A stretch of 36,311 bases of DNA, from positions 1 through 36,311 of IMG/VR virus record IMGVR_UViG_3300021133_000015; one strand, given 5' to 3'. Below are positions 16,914 to 26,220 of the stretch, one piece after another. The notes under the pieces were generated by a model. It saw nothing but the letters and a program-made list of their open reading frames with translations. It had not been told where the DNA came from and made no database searches. The stretch's first letter is position 1, and the number at the start of each line of letters is the position of its first letter. Source of the stretch: a virus (taxonomy: Duplodnaviria > Caudoviricetes). Position numbers and translations under genes: made by a program.

Positions 16914-18563
16914 ATGCGCTTACCCACCAGCAAACCGGAACTGCTTCGGAAGGTCATCGAGGTTAAAGACGCGTGCCGGTCGTCCGCGCCGCAGCGTGCC
17001 GCACTGTGCCGCGCGCAAAGCCTCCGCATCGAGACGGGCCGCGCCACGGGCGTGCGGTCGCTGATCAACCTCCTGTATGCCCACATCGACCGCACGGCGT
17101 CGCACCTGTTCAGCCCGGTCGACCTGCGGTTCATCCTGGACTTTGAGGCCCACTACCCGGCGAACATCTTGAGCCAAGCCGAGACCGCGGCGCGTGTGAT
17201 CACACGCGAGTGGGAACGGAAAGACATGGACGTGACGTTCGGCGAGGGGGTCAAAGTCTCGCTCAAATACGGCGCCGCGATCCTCAAGCAGATGTGGGGC
17301 CATTCCGGGCTTGAGTGCAGCCTGCTCATGCCGTGGCAGTTCGGCGTTTACCGCGAAGATATGAACAGTCTGGAAGACCAGGAAGCGGTTTGCGAAAGCG
17401 GCCTTATGACGCTGGAAGAAACCTGGCGTCGCATCAGTCACTTGCCGAACGCGGATAATATGTTCCGCGAAATCCGGGCTCATGCGCGCAAGCAAGGCGC
17501 TGACCCTGTGACCAGTTCGTTTTTCCACAATGTTTTGTCGACCAGCATTTTGAACACCAGCCTTGAGAGCGTGAAGCAGCAGCCGGGCGGCGTCGTGCAG
17601 TTGGCAAGCGACATGTCGATCGGCGTTCCGACTCCGGAAGTCAACCTTGATCTGGTCCCCTACCATGAGATGTATATTAAAGACGACAGCATCGAGGACT
17701 ACGTATCGGTTCTGCTGATCGAACCCGATATTCTCGTCAGCCCGTATTATAAGCGCGTCAACATGTTCGCGCCGCAAACCCAGCCCTACAGCCTGATCCA
17801 AGCTAACCGGGAAGAGGGTAATTTTTGGGGTCGATCGGAAATCGCCGACTTGTCCGAGCTGCAAGAACTGCTTGGCACGTTATACGACGACGCCAAACGC
17901 CTGATGGGCCTTCAGGTCGATAAGGTGCTGGCGTTTAGCGGCGGCGAAGGTATCTCTGACGAGAAATACCAGGAGTTCCGGTCGGCCGGGTTTGTGGACC
18001 TTGGGCCGGGCGGCAGCGTTACGGATCTGACGCCGGCAATGCCCCCGCAGTTGTTCCAATTTATGGAAATCGTCCGTCAGTCGATGGAAGAGGTTTCCGG
18101 CTTCAATAATATTATGTCGGGCCAGGGCGAAGCGGGCGTTCGTGCCGGCGTCCACGCGGAAACACTGACGCGCATGGCCTCGCCGCGCATGCGTGACCGT
18201 GCGCTACTCGTGGAGCGGCAGTGCGCTGCGGCGGCGGATAAAACTTTGTCGTTGCTCGCGGTCAAAACAGACCACGTATATCATACCGACACCAACGAGG
18301 CGTTCTTGTTGCATGATTTGCCGGAAGACCGCCGCGTCACCGTCGATAGCCACTCGACAAGCCCGATCTTCGCCGAAGATCACAAGGATTTGATCGGGTT
18401 CGGATTGAAAGCCGGGTTCCTGGGCGGCGATAGCGCCATCGAACTGTTGCCGTATCCGCAAAAAGATCTGCTGAAACAGCGTTACAAGCAGATGCAGGAA
18501 GCGAAGCAGAAGATGATACAGGAACACCCGGAAATCTTGACCAAAGGCAAAAGCCATAAATAA
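16914..18563 (+). CDS. Portal protein
   Basis: 549 aa between TerL and the head genes. GNFWGRSEIADLSELQ and EEVSGFNNIMSGQG resemble podovirus portal segments. Confidence 0.8.
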   Translation: MRLPTSKPELLRKVIEVKDACRSSAPQRAALCRAQSLRIETGRATGVRSLINLLYAHIDRTASHLFSPVDLRFILDFEAHYPANILSQAETAARVITREWERKDMDVTFGEGVKVSLKYGAAILKQMWGHSGLECSLLMPWQFGVYREDMNSLEDQEAVCESGLMTLEETWRRISHLPNADNMFREIRAHARKQGADPVTSSFFHNVLSTSILNTSLESVKQQPGGVVQLASDMSIGVPTPEVNLDLVPYHEMYIKDDSIEDYVSVLLIEPDILVSPYYKRVNMFAPQTQPYSLIQANREEGNFWGRSEIADLSELQELLGTLYDDAKRLMGLQVDKVLAFSGGEGISDEKYQEFRSAGFVDLGPGGSVTDLTPAMPPQLFQFMEIVRQSMEEVSGFNNIMSGQGEAGVRAGVHAETLTRMASPRMRDRALLVERQCAAAADKTLSLLAVKTDHVYHTDTNEAFLLHDLPEDRRVTVDSHSTSPIFAEDHKDLIGFGLKAGFLGGDSAIELLPYPQKDLLKQRYKQMQEAKQKMIQEHPEILTKGKSHK

Positions 18564-18573
18564 CGGGTATTTT

Positions 18574-18626
<53 letters not shown>

Positions 18627-18648
<22 letters not shown>

Positions 18649-18812
18649 CCGCCCCGTTGGGTTTCGACCCAGGCCATAACTTCGTCGCGGCTATAAACCC
18701 GACGTGCGCCCCGTTTATGGTATGGTGGACCAACTTCCCTATTACGAATGAGCCATTCACGCGAGACGCCGATTATCGGCGCGACGTTTTTAATGGTCAT
18801 CCAATCGTCCAT
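18627..18812 (-). CDS. Excisionase/AlpA-like winged HTH protein, convergent with and overlapping the tRNA 3' end
   Basis: WMTIKNVAPIIGVSREWLIRNREVGPPYHKRGARRVYSRDEVMAWVE fits the HTH_17/AlpA pattern. Confidence 0.75.
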
Positions 18813-18894
18813 TCGTCGTCATTCCATACCAATATGGGTCTATTATCGCAAATACGCATTAACGCCGTCAAGCGCCATGGTCGTATGCATTAAT

Positions 18895-19000
18895 AACCCG
18901 AGGCAGTTGCCTTCCTGAGTTCGTGCAAGCGAGCCCTGGGTGGCGGTTGTTGGGAGAGGAGCCCCCTCGGGTTTCGTCAACCTTCCACTAGGAGGCCACC
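18895..19000 (+). promoter_or_regulatory. Candidate structured 5' leader RNA of the head operon
   Basis: AACCCGAGG/CCTCGGGTT stem, inner CAGTTGCC/GGCGGTTG stem, GCAA-tetraloop hairpin, and an alternative pairing that encloses the AGGAGG RBS. Confidence 0.5.
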
Positions 19001-19033
19001 ATGGCTCGCAAGCACCGTAAGGGCCGGAAGTAA
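19001..19033 (+). CDS. 10-aa basic peptide MARKHRKGRK
   Basis: AGGAGG at 18990-18995, 5 nt before ATG 19001; TAA at 19031-19033; next gene starts 5 nt later. Confidence 0.7.
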   Translation: MARKHRKGRK

Positions 19034-19038
19034 TCCGG

Positions 19039-19461
19039 ATGGCTGACGAACCAGTTCCAGGCATGCCCCCTTCCGCACCACCCCCCGGTGCTGCTGGTGG
19101 GGTACCTTCTCCGACAGCTTCGGCCCCGGGTCAGCCGCCTTTTGGCTCCTCCCCGGTAAGTCAGCCCGCGGCCAACCGCGGGCAAGAAGCCGCTGGTATG
19201 GCACGCTTGTCACTGATCGTCCGCCTAATGCAGGAGACCCTTCCTCTTATCGGGGTTGGGTCGGAACCGGGACAGGCACTTTTGAAGGCCCTCACCAGCC
19301 TGAGCAAGCACGCCCCTCCCGGTTCTGTTCCTGCGGGTGTTCAACAGAACACGCTTCAAAGCCTGCTTATGAAGCAGCAGCAGATGGCTCCGCAAATTGC
19401 CGCTATGCGCGCCGCACAGGGTGGCGCCGGCGCTCCTCAAATGCCCATGGGGCAAGGATAA
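19039..19461 (+). CDS. Pro/Gln-rich hypothetical head-module protein
   Basis: 140-aa ORF in the operon before the scaffold and capsid genes. Confidence 0.7.
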   Translation: MADEPVPGMPPSAPPPGAAGGVPSPTASAPGQPPFGSSPVSQPAANRGQEAAGMARLSLIVRLMQETLPLIGVGSEPGQALLKALTSLSKHAPPGSVPAGVQQNTLQSLLMKQQQMAPQIAAMRAAQGGAGAPQMPMGQG

Positions 19462-19465
19462 ATTT

Positions 19466-19633
19466 ATGGTCAACATTTGGCAAGATAACACGAAGACTGT
19501 TCCTCGCGGCACCGACAGCATGATCGTGCGCGTGCCGATGGATCAGCTCGACATCGGCGGCCGCAAGGGCCATCTTCCGAACGCGCAGAAATCGAACGAT
19601 ATGTCGATTTCTCACCTTCCGAACAAGAACTAA
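19466..19633 (+). CDS. Small hypothetical protein (55 aa)
   Basis: AAGGA RBS then ATG 19466 (MVNIWQDNTKTVPRG...); codon usage like the capsid gene. Confidence 0.7.
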   Translation: MVNIWQDNTKTVPRGTDSMIVRVPMDQLDIGGRKGHLPNAQKSNDMSISHLPNKN

Positions 19634-19636
19634 TCC

Positions 19637-20212
19637 ATGGCGCTGGTCGAGATCGACGAGTCCCAGCTTGGGGCTTATCAGAGGGTGACGGAAGAGCTTA
19701 ATCGCCTTCTGAACAACCCGAAGACGCGCCGTATGGTTCTTCAGGCCAAGAAGACGTTGGATCCGGACGCTATGATCCCGGAATTGGACGCTTCTGAGCC
19801 CCTGCGTGAAGAGCAGAACGCCCTGGCGCAGAAGCTGGACGCGATCCAGCAGCGTTTGGATGAAGCGGAAGAAAAGCGCGCCGAGCGTGAGCGTATGGCC
19901 GAGTTGTCCAAGACGTGGGAAGGCGGCCGCAGCAAGCTCCGCAACGGTGGCTACACCGACGAAGGCATCGCCGAAGTCGAGAAATTCATGGAAGAAAAGG
20001 GCGTGGCCGACCACGAGGTCGCAGCGGCAGCTTTTGAGCGCCTGCATCCGCCCGTCGAACCAGTGCGAAGCGTAGGGGGGAACCGCTTCGACCTGTTCAG
20101 CGCCGACGATCGGTCGTCAGACCAAATGAAGGCGCTGTTGTCTAATCCGGATGACCCAATGGCTCTGGATTCCATCATCAACGATACCCTCCGCCAAGTG
20201 CGGGGTCGGTAA
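19637..20212 (+). CDS. Putative capsid scaffolding protein
   Basis: Acidic, coiled-coil-like, immediately upstream of the major capsid gene. Confidence 0.65.
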   Translation: MALVEIDESQLGAYQRVTEELNRLLNNPKTRRMVLQAKKTLDPDAMIPELDASEPLREEQNALAQKLDAIQQRLDEAEEKRAERERMAELSKTWEGGRSKLRNGGYTDEGIAEVEKFMEEKGVADHEVAAAAFERLHPPVEPVRSVGGNRFDLFSADDRSSDQMKALLSNPDDPMALDSIINDTLRQVRGR

Positions 20213-20229
20213 TTCTAGGAGGTTAGGAT

Positions 20230-21264
20230 ATGCCGATCCCCGGCACAGGTGCGGTTCCGACTGGCAACCTTTATAACGAACTCGCGGCCACCACCCGCCG
20301 CGCGTTTGTCCCCCGTCTGTTTGTGCAGATGTATTACGCGACGCCGACCTTCTTCTACCTGATGGGCAACGCCCAGAAGGTTTCCGGCGGTCTGTCGCAG
20401 ATCACCATTCCGGTCCAGGGCCAATCGATGGTTCAGGGCCAGTTCACCGGGTACGGCGGCGGTTTCAACCAGCCAAACATCACCCCGGGCGTGCAGGACG
20501 CGCAGTGGAACACTTGCTACTGGGTGGTCCCCGTTCCGCTGCCCTTCGGCGAAACCGTCATCCAGGCGACCGAGCGCGAAATTTCGCTGCTCAAGGCGCG
20601 CATGAACGACGTTTACGCCGTGAGCGTGCAGAACCTGGCCCCGCTGATGTTTGGCGCTTCGACCAACTCGCTGGTCCCGAACGGTTTTGCCGACGGCTTC
20701 GACAACGGCACAAACTACCCGACCTACGGCGGCATCAACCGCTTGTCGGCTGGTAACGCGACCTGGAAGGGTCAATATTACACGGCCAACACCACCGTTC
20801 AGACAAACGGCTTCACGCGCCAGACGATGTCGCAGTATGTGATCCAGATCACGGACGCGGCCGGCGGTGAAGCACCGACGTTTGCGGTGATGAACCCGGG
20901 CGATTTCGCGACGCTGAACAACTCGTTCGTCGGCGTGGAACAGATCTTCATCCGTCCGGACCAGCAGGGCAGCAACTCTTCGATGAGCGCAGGCGTGCGT
21001 TCGTCCTTCCCGAACGTGAACGTGGCCGGCGTGCCCATCTTCGCCGATCACTTCTGCCCGAAGGGCACGGCCTATTTCGTCAACACGAAATACACTTCGT
21101 TCTACATGAGCGAAGATGCGGCCTTTGACTTTTCCGGGTTCTACTCGCTCGTTCCGCTTGGCCAGATCGGTCAGCAGGGCGTGACGATCCTGGGCTACAA
21201 CGTGGTTACCGCCAAGCCGAGCGCAAACGCCGTAATCACCGGCATCGGCAACGCGGCATTCTAA
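20230..21264 (+). CDS. Major capsid protein
   Basis: 344 aa, AGGAGG RBS, strongly biased C-ending codons, position after the scaffold. AGVPIFADHFCPKGTAYFVN resembles the HK97-fold C-terminal region. Confidence 0.85.
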   Translation: MPIPGTGAVPTGNLYNELAATTRRAFVPRLFVQMYYATPTFFYLMGNAQKVSGGLSQITIPVQGQSMVQGQFTGYGGGFNQPNITPGVQDAQWNTCYWVVPVPLPFGETVIQATEREISLLKARMNDVYAVSVQNLAPLMFGASTNSLVPNGFADGFDNGTNYPTYGGINRLSAGNATWKGQYYTANTTVQTNGFTRQTMSQYVIQITDAAGGEAPTFAVMNPGDFATLNNSFVGVEQIFIRPDQQGSNSSMSAGVRSSFPNVNVAGVPIFADHFCPKGTAYFVNTKYTSFYMSEDAAFDFSGFYSLVPLGQIGQQGVTILGYNVVTAKPSANAVITGIGNAAF

Positions 21265-21277
21265 GGAGCACTGACAC

Positions 21278-22105
21278 ATGGCACAAAACCGTCTTGGCGG
21301 GCCGGGTATCGGTCTCCCGTATCCGCAGTCCCTCTACCCCGCGTCTTTGATTGGCGCTGCGCCGACCCCGGCGACGAACGTCATCGTCCTCGGTTACGGC
21401 GAAGCTTTCCCGGTTCCGCCGGGCGATTGGATGATTGCTGGCGCCCCGATGCAGTGGCTGGATCCGGTTACCGGCCAGTGGCTGTTCGCGGGTGGCACGA
21501 TCTACTCGACGGGCGAAACTTCGGTGTCCGAAGGCTACGTCCACTCCGACGGCCAGAACATGCGCGTGATCAACCCGCAGGGCATCGCGACCGGCGCTAC
21601 CGTGACGGCGGCGGGCACGGGTTACGTGCAGGCGACGACCACTGTGACGTCGAGCAACTCGTCCACCTGGACCCCGATCGTCGGCGGCGCTATTTCGCTG
21701 ACGCTGGGCACTGGCGGTTCGGGCTACACCCTGCCGCCGATCGTCCTGATCTCTGCCCCGGCGTCCCCCGGCGTGCAAGCGACGGCGATCGCAACCCTGC
21801 TTGGCAGCACCGTGACTAGCCTTACGGTCGTCAACGCGGGTGCGGGTTACACGACCGCCCCGACCGTTACTCTGCTGCCGAACCCGTATGACCCGAACTA
21901 CGGTTCGATCGTCAACGGCACGGCAACGGCGTCTCTGACCGGTTCCGGCACGATCACAGCGGTTCTCTGCACCAACACGGGTGCGCCGGGCGCTTCGGCT
22001 CCGACGCTGACTATCAGCGGTGTCGGCTCCAGCGCGACGGCGACGACCACCGCGTTCTACACCGCGGAGTCGACGAACCTGACCGTCTACTTGCAGCCGC
22101 TCTAA
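21278..22105 (+). CDS. Thr/Gly-rich virion protein (probable capsid decoration) with GSGY-type repeats
   Basis: AAGGAG RBS; between the capsid gene and a terminator. AAGTGY, GGSGYTLPP and NAGAGYTTAPTVT units. Confidence 0.7.
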   Translation: MAQNRLGGPGIGLPYPQSLYPASLIGAAPTPATNVIVLGYGEAFPVPPGDWMIAGAPMQWLDPVTGQWLFAGGTIYSTGETSVSEGYVHSDGQNMRVINPQGIATGATVTAAGTGYVQATTTVTSSNSSTWTPIVGGAISLTLGTGGSGYTLPPIVLISAPASPGVQATAIATLLGSTVTSLTVVNAGAGYTTAPTVTLLPNPYDPNYGSIVNGTATASLTGSGTITAVLCTNTGAPGASAPTLTISGVGSSATATTTAFYTAESTNLTVYLQPL

Positions 22106-22128
22106 ACCGAACGGCCTCGTATGCTACC

Positions 22129-22167
22129 GAGGGGGGTGGGGGTTATCCCCGCCCCTCTTTTTGTTTT
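22129..22167 (+). terminator. Rho-independent terminator after the capsid genes
   Basis: GGGGTGGGG-GTTAT-CCCCGCCCC stem followed by TCTTTTTGTTTT. Confidence 0.85.
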
Positions 22168-22178
22168 GGGACTAAGCT

Positions 22179-22898
22179 ATGACGACGTTGTCGGATTATG
22201 TAACCGCTACCCAGAACCTGTTGCAAAATCCAGCGGCGAGCACGTCGCTGTATTCGCAAGCCAATTTGATCACCTACATCAACACGGCGCGCAACCAGCT
22301 TGCGGGCGAAACCGAGTGTGTCCGCGCATACGGCACGTTGCAACTGGCCTACGGCACCGCGCCTTACGCGTTTTCCGCCATTGTGCCGGGGATCTCAGGC
22401 ACGTCCGGTGTGTATAATGTGCGCGGCATGACAATACAAATTGCGTCCGGCTCGTCCTGGATGAACCCGCGCCCGTTCCCGTATTTTCAGTTCTATTTCT
22501 TGAACAACCCGGTTCCGTCGCTCGGTGTGCCCACAACGTATTCACAGTTTGGCCAGGGCGAAAACGGAACGCTTTACGTCAATCCAGTGCCCGATTACAA
22601 TTACATCGCGAACGTGGATGTCGTCTGCGTTCCGTCGGCGTTGGTGAACACAACGGATGTGGATGCGGTGATCCCTTATCCTTACTCGGACGCGGTGCCG
22701 TATTACGCTGCTTATCTTGCGTATATGTCCGCGCAACGCGCCGGCGACGCCGAACGTATGTGGGCCGAGTATCAGAAATTTGCCGCTCGAGGCCGTCAGA
22801 TGTCAAATGGCGAAGTCAACCCGGCGCAATACCCGCAGAACCCGAACCCCACCCGGGCGGGTCAGTTGGGTATGTCTGGCGGTGGAGGCGCAAGGTAA
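22179..22898 (+). CDS. Putative head-tail adaptor protein, paralogue A
   Basis: LITYINTARNQLA, GVPTTYSQFGQGENGTLYVNPVPD, DAVPYYAAYLAY; position after the capsid genes. Confidence 0.7.
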   Translation: MTTLSDYVTATQNLLQNPAASTSLYSQANLITYINTARNQLAGETECVRAYGTLQLAYGTAPYAFSAIVPGISGTSGVYNVRGMTIQIASGSSWMNPRPFPYFQFYFLNNPVPSLGVPTTYSQFGQGENGTLYVNPVPDYNYIANVDVVCVPSALVNTTDVDAVIPYPYSDAVPYYAAYLAYMSAQRAGDAERMWAEYQKFAARGRQMSNGEVNPAQYPQNPNPTRAGQLGMSGGGGAR

Positions 22899-23821
22899 TG
22901 GCACTCTTCGACTACCTCAAACGCGTTCAATTTATGACCCGCGACACGGGTCAAGAACTGCTGAACCCGGACAACCTGACCAATTACGTGAACCAAGCGC
23001 GGCGCGAAATCGCCATGCGGACACAGTGCTTGCGCGCTTTGCCGCCGACCTCGGGCGGCGTTGAAACCATCACCGTGACGGACGGCGGATCCGGCTACAC
23101 CAACCCTACCGTGACTATTTCGACACCTGACTCGCCCGGCGGAATGGTCTATTTGCCTGGGGGCGATCAGGCGCTTGCCGTTGCGACCGTTGTTGACGGC
23201 GTGATTGTAAACATCGACGTGACCTATGGTGGCGCGGGATACTTCCAACCCCAGGTGACAATTACAGATCCCACCGGCACGGGTGCTACGGCAACGGCGA
23301 CCACCTCGCCGATCCTGACGCTAAACCCGTATCAGGAAGTCTATAATTTTTCGGACATCCCGCTCCAGACCTACCCGGGGTATGGGCCGGTTTACGGGAT
23401 ACGGTCGGTTTCGCTGGTTTACAGCAACTACCGATATTCGCTGCCGATGTATGCCTTCAGCGCGTATCAGGCGATGATCCGGCAATACCCGACGCAATAT
23501 TATTACGTTCCGACCATGTGCTCACAGTTTGGCCAGGGCGCGAACGGTTCGTTGTATTGCTACCCGTTGCCGAGCCAGGTGTATCAGTTGGAAATTGATT
23601 GCTATTGCTGGCCGCAGGATCTCTATACCGACCAGGACGTAGAGGCTATTCCGGCGCCTTGGACCGAAGCGGTTCCATATATGGCCGCACACTTGGCCTA
23701 CCTGGAATTGCAGAACCTGAATGCGGCCGAATACTACCGCAAGCTATTCGACAGCAAATTGCCGATGTATCGTAACGCCGCTCAACCGGGCAGGCAGGCT
23801 AATATTTACGGGAGATACTGA
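22898..23821 (+). CDS. Putative head-tail adaptor protein, paralogue B, with an inserted GSGY-repeat domain
   Basis: Start at the TAATG overlap (MALFDYLKR...), GGAGG upstream. LTNYVNQARREIA, VPTMCSQFGQGANGSLYCYPLPS, EAVPYMAAHLAY. Confidence 0.7.
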   Translation: MALFDYLKRVQFMTRDTGQELLNPDNLTNYVNQARREIAMRTQCLRALPPTSGGVETITVTDGGSGYTNPTVTISTPDSPGGMVYLPGGDQALAVATVVDGVIVNIDVTYGGAGYFQPQVTITDPTGTGATATATTSPILTLNPYQEVYNFSDIPLQTYPGYGPVYGIRSVSLVYSNYRYSLPMYAFSAYQAMIRQYPTQYYYVPTMCSQFGQGANGSLYCYPLPSQVYQLEIDCYCWPQDLYTDQDVEAIPAPWTEAVPYMAAHLAYLELQNLNAAEYYRKLFDSKLPMYRNAAQPGRQANIYGRY

Positions 23822-24120
23822 TGGCTAAGACCCCCGCCTGGACCCGCAAGGAAGGCAAAAACCCCGCCGGCGGCCTCAACGCCAAAGGCCGCGCTTCGTA
23901 TCACGCGCAAACGGGTGGAACATTAAAAGCGCCCGTTAAGTCCGGCGACAACCCCCGTCGTGCCAGTTTCCTTGCGCGTATGGGAGGGATGCCTGGCCCC
24001 GAGCGCGATTCTGAGGGTAAGCCTACCCGTCTGCTCAAGTCGCTTCAGGCCTGGGGCGCGTCAAGCAAGGCCGACGCAAAACGTAAGGCGGCGGCGATCC
24101 GGAAACGGAAAGGCGACTGA
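23821..24120 (+). CDS. Basic phage protein (DUF6321-like)
   Basis: AWTRKEGKNPAGGLNAKGRASY...RRASFLARMGGM; coupled to both neighbours. Confidence 0.7.
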   Translation: MAKTPAWTRKEGKNPAGGLNAKGRASYHAQTGGTLKAPVKSGDNPRRASFLARMGGMPGPERDSEGKPTRLLKSLQAWGASSKADAKRKAAAIRKRKGD

Positions 24121-26213
24121 TGTCCGAGTCTCAAGAGCAGCGGGGCGGAGGCGGAGGCGGCGGAGGCGGTCTTCCTGGCGCGCCGCAAAAGATCATCAAC
24201 TTCCCGTCCAACCCGATCGAGTTTGTGCTCGACGGGTTTGAGACGTTGAACACCAAACCGACGCGTCCGGCTATTGACCAGAACCAGATGTTCATCTGCG
24301 ACGGGTTTATGCCGTTCGGTAAGAACAACCTCCGCACGATGTATGGCGTGGGAACCAGCATTTACACGGCGCCAGCGGGGCTGACGATCATCCTGCACTG
24401 GTTTGGCAACCTGTTCGTCAACACGACGAACATTCGCTATTGTCTCGTGTTTCTAAGCGACGGCAGCATCGTGGCGATTAACCGGGCGACGTCGGCGTCG
24501 TCCACCATCGCCCCGGCCGGAACGATCAAAAACCCCAGCACCGCTAACATTGGCGTGGCTCAGTGGGGCAACCAATACTTCCTTATCACCAACGCGCCCG
24601 TCGGCGGCGATCCGCCGACGTCTCAGGTCTCGAACGGATATTTCATCTGGGACGGCACGCTCTTCTACCAGCCCGGCACGCTTGGCCCGGAAGTCAGCAT
24701 TCAAAGCGACGGCACCGGCTATACGTCCGCCCCCACCGTAACCGCGGTTGGCGGCGAAGGATCCGGCGCGTCGTTCAACGTCGTTATGTCGCCCGGCAAC
24801 GGCGCGGTGCAAACGATAACCGTAGCCAACCCTGGATCCGGCTATAATTACTACGACTACGTCTATCTTGCGTTTAGCGGAGGCGGCGGCAACACCACGG
24901 CGCAAGCGGTGGCGAATATGTCCGGCGGAACCGTGTCGTCCATCTCTGTGACCAACGGCGGCAGCGGTTACACGAGCACGACCGTCGTCAACATATACGG
25001 CGGCGGCGGTCTGGGCGCGACCGTCACGTCGCCCTCGGGTATCACCATTAGTGGCGGCGTGATTACCGGCATCACCGTAGCGAACGGGGGCGAAGGATAC
25101 TTAAGCCCGCCTACGATCGTTATCACGGACCCCAATAACAACGTCGCAAAAGCCACCGTCGCGCTCATGCCCATCGGCGTCGCGGGCACCGGGGTTGAGA
25201 CGTTCCAGCAGCACGCGTGGGTTATCGACGGGTCGCGGGCGTTTTTCACGGCAACGGAGTCGGTGTCAGATTTTGGCACATCGGATGGCGGCGGCGCGTT
25301 TTCGTCATCGGACTCGTTCCTTAAGAGCCAATATACCGCGGTTCGACAGTCTAACGGGTTTCTCTACCTCGTGGCTGACAGCTCGTTGAATTACATATCG
25401 GGCGTCTCTACGTCCGGCTCACCACCAACGACGGTTTTCCAAAACCAGAACGTCGACCCGCAAATTGGTTCGTCATGGGCCGGCACCGTCCAGACGTTCT
25501 CACGCAACCTTGTGTTCGCTAATCCGTTTGGCGTCCACGTTGCCTATGGCGGCGCCGTGACCAAGGTTTCTGCGGCGTTGGACGGCATCTATAATTCAAA
25601 CCCGTCGTTTAATCCGAGCGCCGGCGTCGCGATCGTATTCGGCATCCACGTCTACGTGCTGCTTATGCCGATCATCGACCAACTCACCGGTCAGCCCGTC
25701 AATAAATTGATCCTTTGGGACAGCAAGCGTTGGTGGACCACCAACCAAGAGATCCAATTTACCTGGATCACAACCGAAGAATTTAATTCCGATTTGACGG
25801 TCTGGGGGACAGACGGCTCTGGAATATACCCGCTGTTTCAGAATCCCTCGACCGCTATCACCAAAACGGTGCAATCGAAATTATGGGAAGACCCAAGCTA
25901 TTATTTCGTCAAAATGGCAAACCGGGTGTTCTCGCTTGTCAATTACAACGAGCCTTCGTCTCAGCCGTTCAACATTGCAATTGACAACGGCGTAAGCTCG
26001 ACCGTCAATTCATTTGTCCAGGAGTCGCCTTCTCTGGTATGGGTTGGTTTAACGTGGACAGGGCTGTCGTGGGAGGCGGCGGGTCTTGTCGTGTCGGCGT
26101 TTGCCGCGTCGCAAACCGGGTCGTTGCTGGGCATCACCGCCCAGACCAGTGCGCCTGACATAACGGTGGTCTCGATATCGCTCGTGGCCCAAAACTACCA
26201 ACCGCTTCTGTGA
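24120..26213 (+). CDS. Putative tail nozzle / packaged-DNA stabilisation protein with inserted GSGY repeats
   Basis: 697 aa, beta-rich, in the position of P22 gp10/T7 gp12 equivalents. Four GSGY-type units at about 24690-25170. Confidence 0.6.
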   Translation: MSESQEQRGGGGGGGGGLPGAPQKIINFPSNPIEFVLDGFETLNTKPTRPAIDQNQMFICDGFMPFGKNNLRTMYGVGTSIYTAPAGLTIILHWFGNLFVNTTNIRYCLVFLSDGSIVAINRATSASSTIAPAGTIKNPSTANIGVAQWGNQYFLITNAPVGGDPPTSQVSNGYFIWDGTLFYQPGTLGPEVSIQSDGTGYTSAPTVTAVGGEGSGASFNVVMSPGNGAVQTITVANPGSGYNYYDYVYLAFSGGGGNTTAQAVANMSGGTVSSISVTNGGSGYTSTTVVNIYGGGGLGATVTSPSGITISGGVITGITVANGGEGYLSPPTIVITDPNNNVAKATVALMPIGVAGTGVETFQQHAWVIDGSRAFFTATESVSDFGTSDGGGAFSSSDSFLKSQYTAVRQSNGFLYLVADSSLNYISGVSTSGSPPTTVFQNQNVDPQIGSSWAGTVQTFSRNLVFANPFGVHVAYGGAVTKVSAALDGIYNSNPSFNPSAGVAIVFGIHVYVLLMPIIDQLTGQPVNKLILWDSKRWWTTNQEIQFTWITTEEFNSDLTVWGTDGSGIYPLFQNPSTAITKTVQSKLWEDPSYYFVKMANRVFSLVNYNEPSSQPFNIAIDNGVSSTVNSFVQESPSLVWVGLTWTGLSWEAAGLVVSAFAASQTGSLLGITAQTSAPDITVVSISLVAQNYQPLL

Positions 26214-26220
26214 GAACGCC

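Noticed and set aside
18895-19000. Self-cleaving ribozyme (hammerhead or tRNA-associated HDV-like)
   Set aside because: I could not find a CUGAnGA/GAAA core or a convincing nested double pseudoknot by eye, and it is not adjacent to the tRNA 3' end. A covariance-model search would be needed.
18995-19004. Perfect Kozak sequence GCCACCATGG at the micro-ORF start
   Set aside because: The context is a bacteriophage operon with a canonical Shine-Dalgarno; best explained as coincidence.
22115-22132. CCTCG/CGAGG hairpin overlapping the terminator as an antiterminator
   Set aside because: Only 5 bp, and it overlaps just the outer edge of a much stronger terminator stem.
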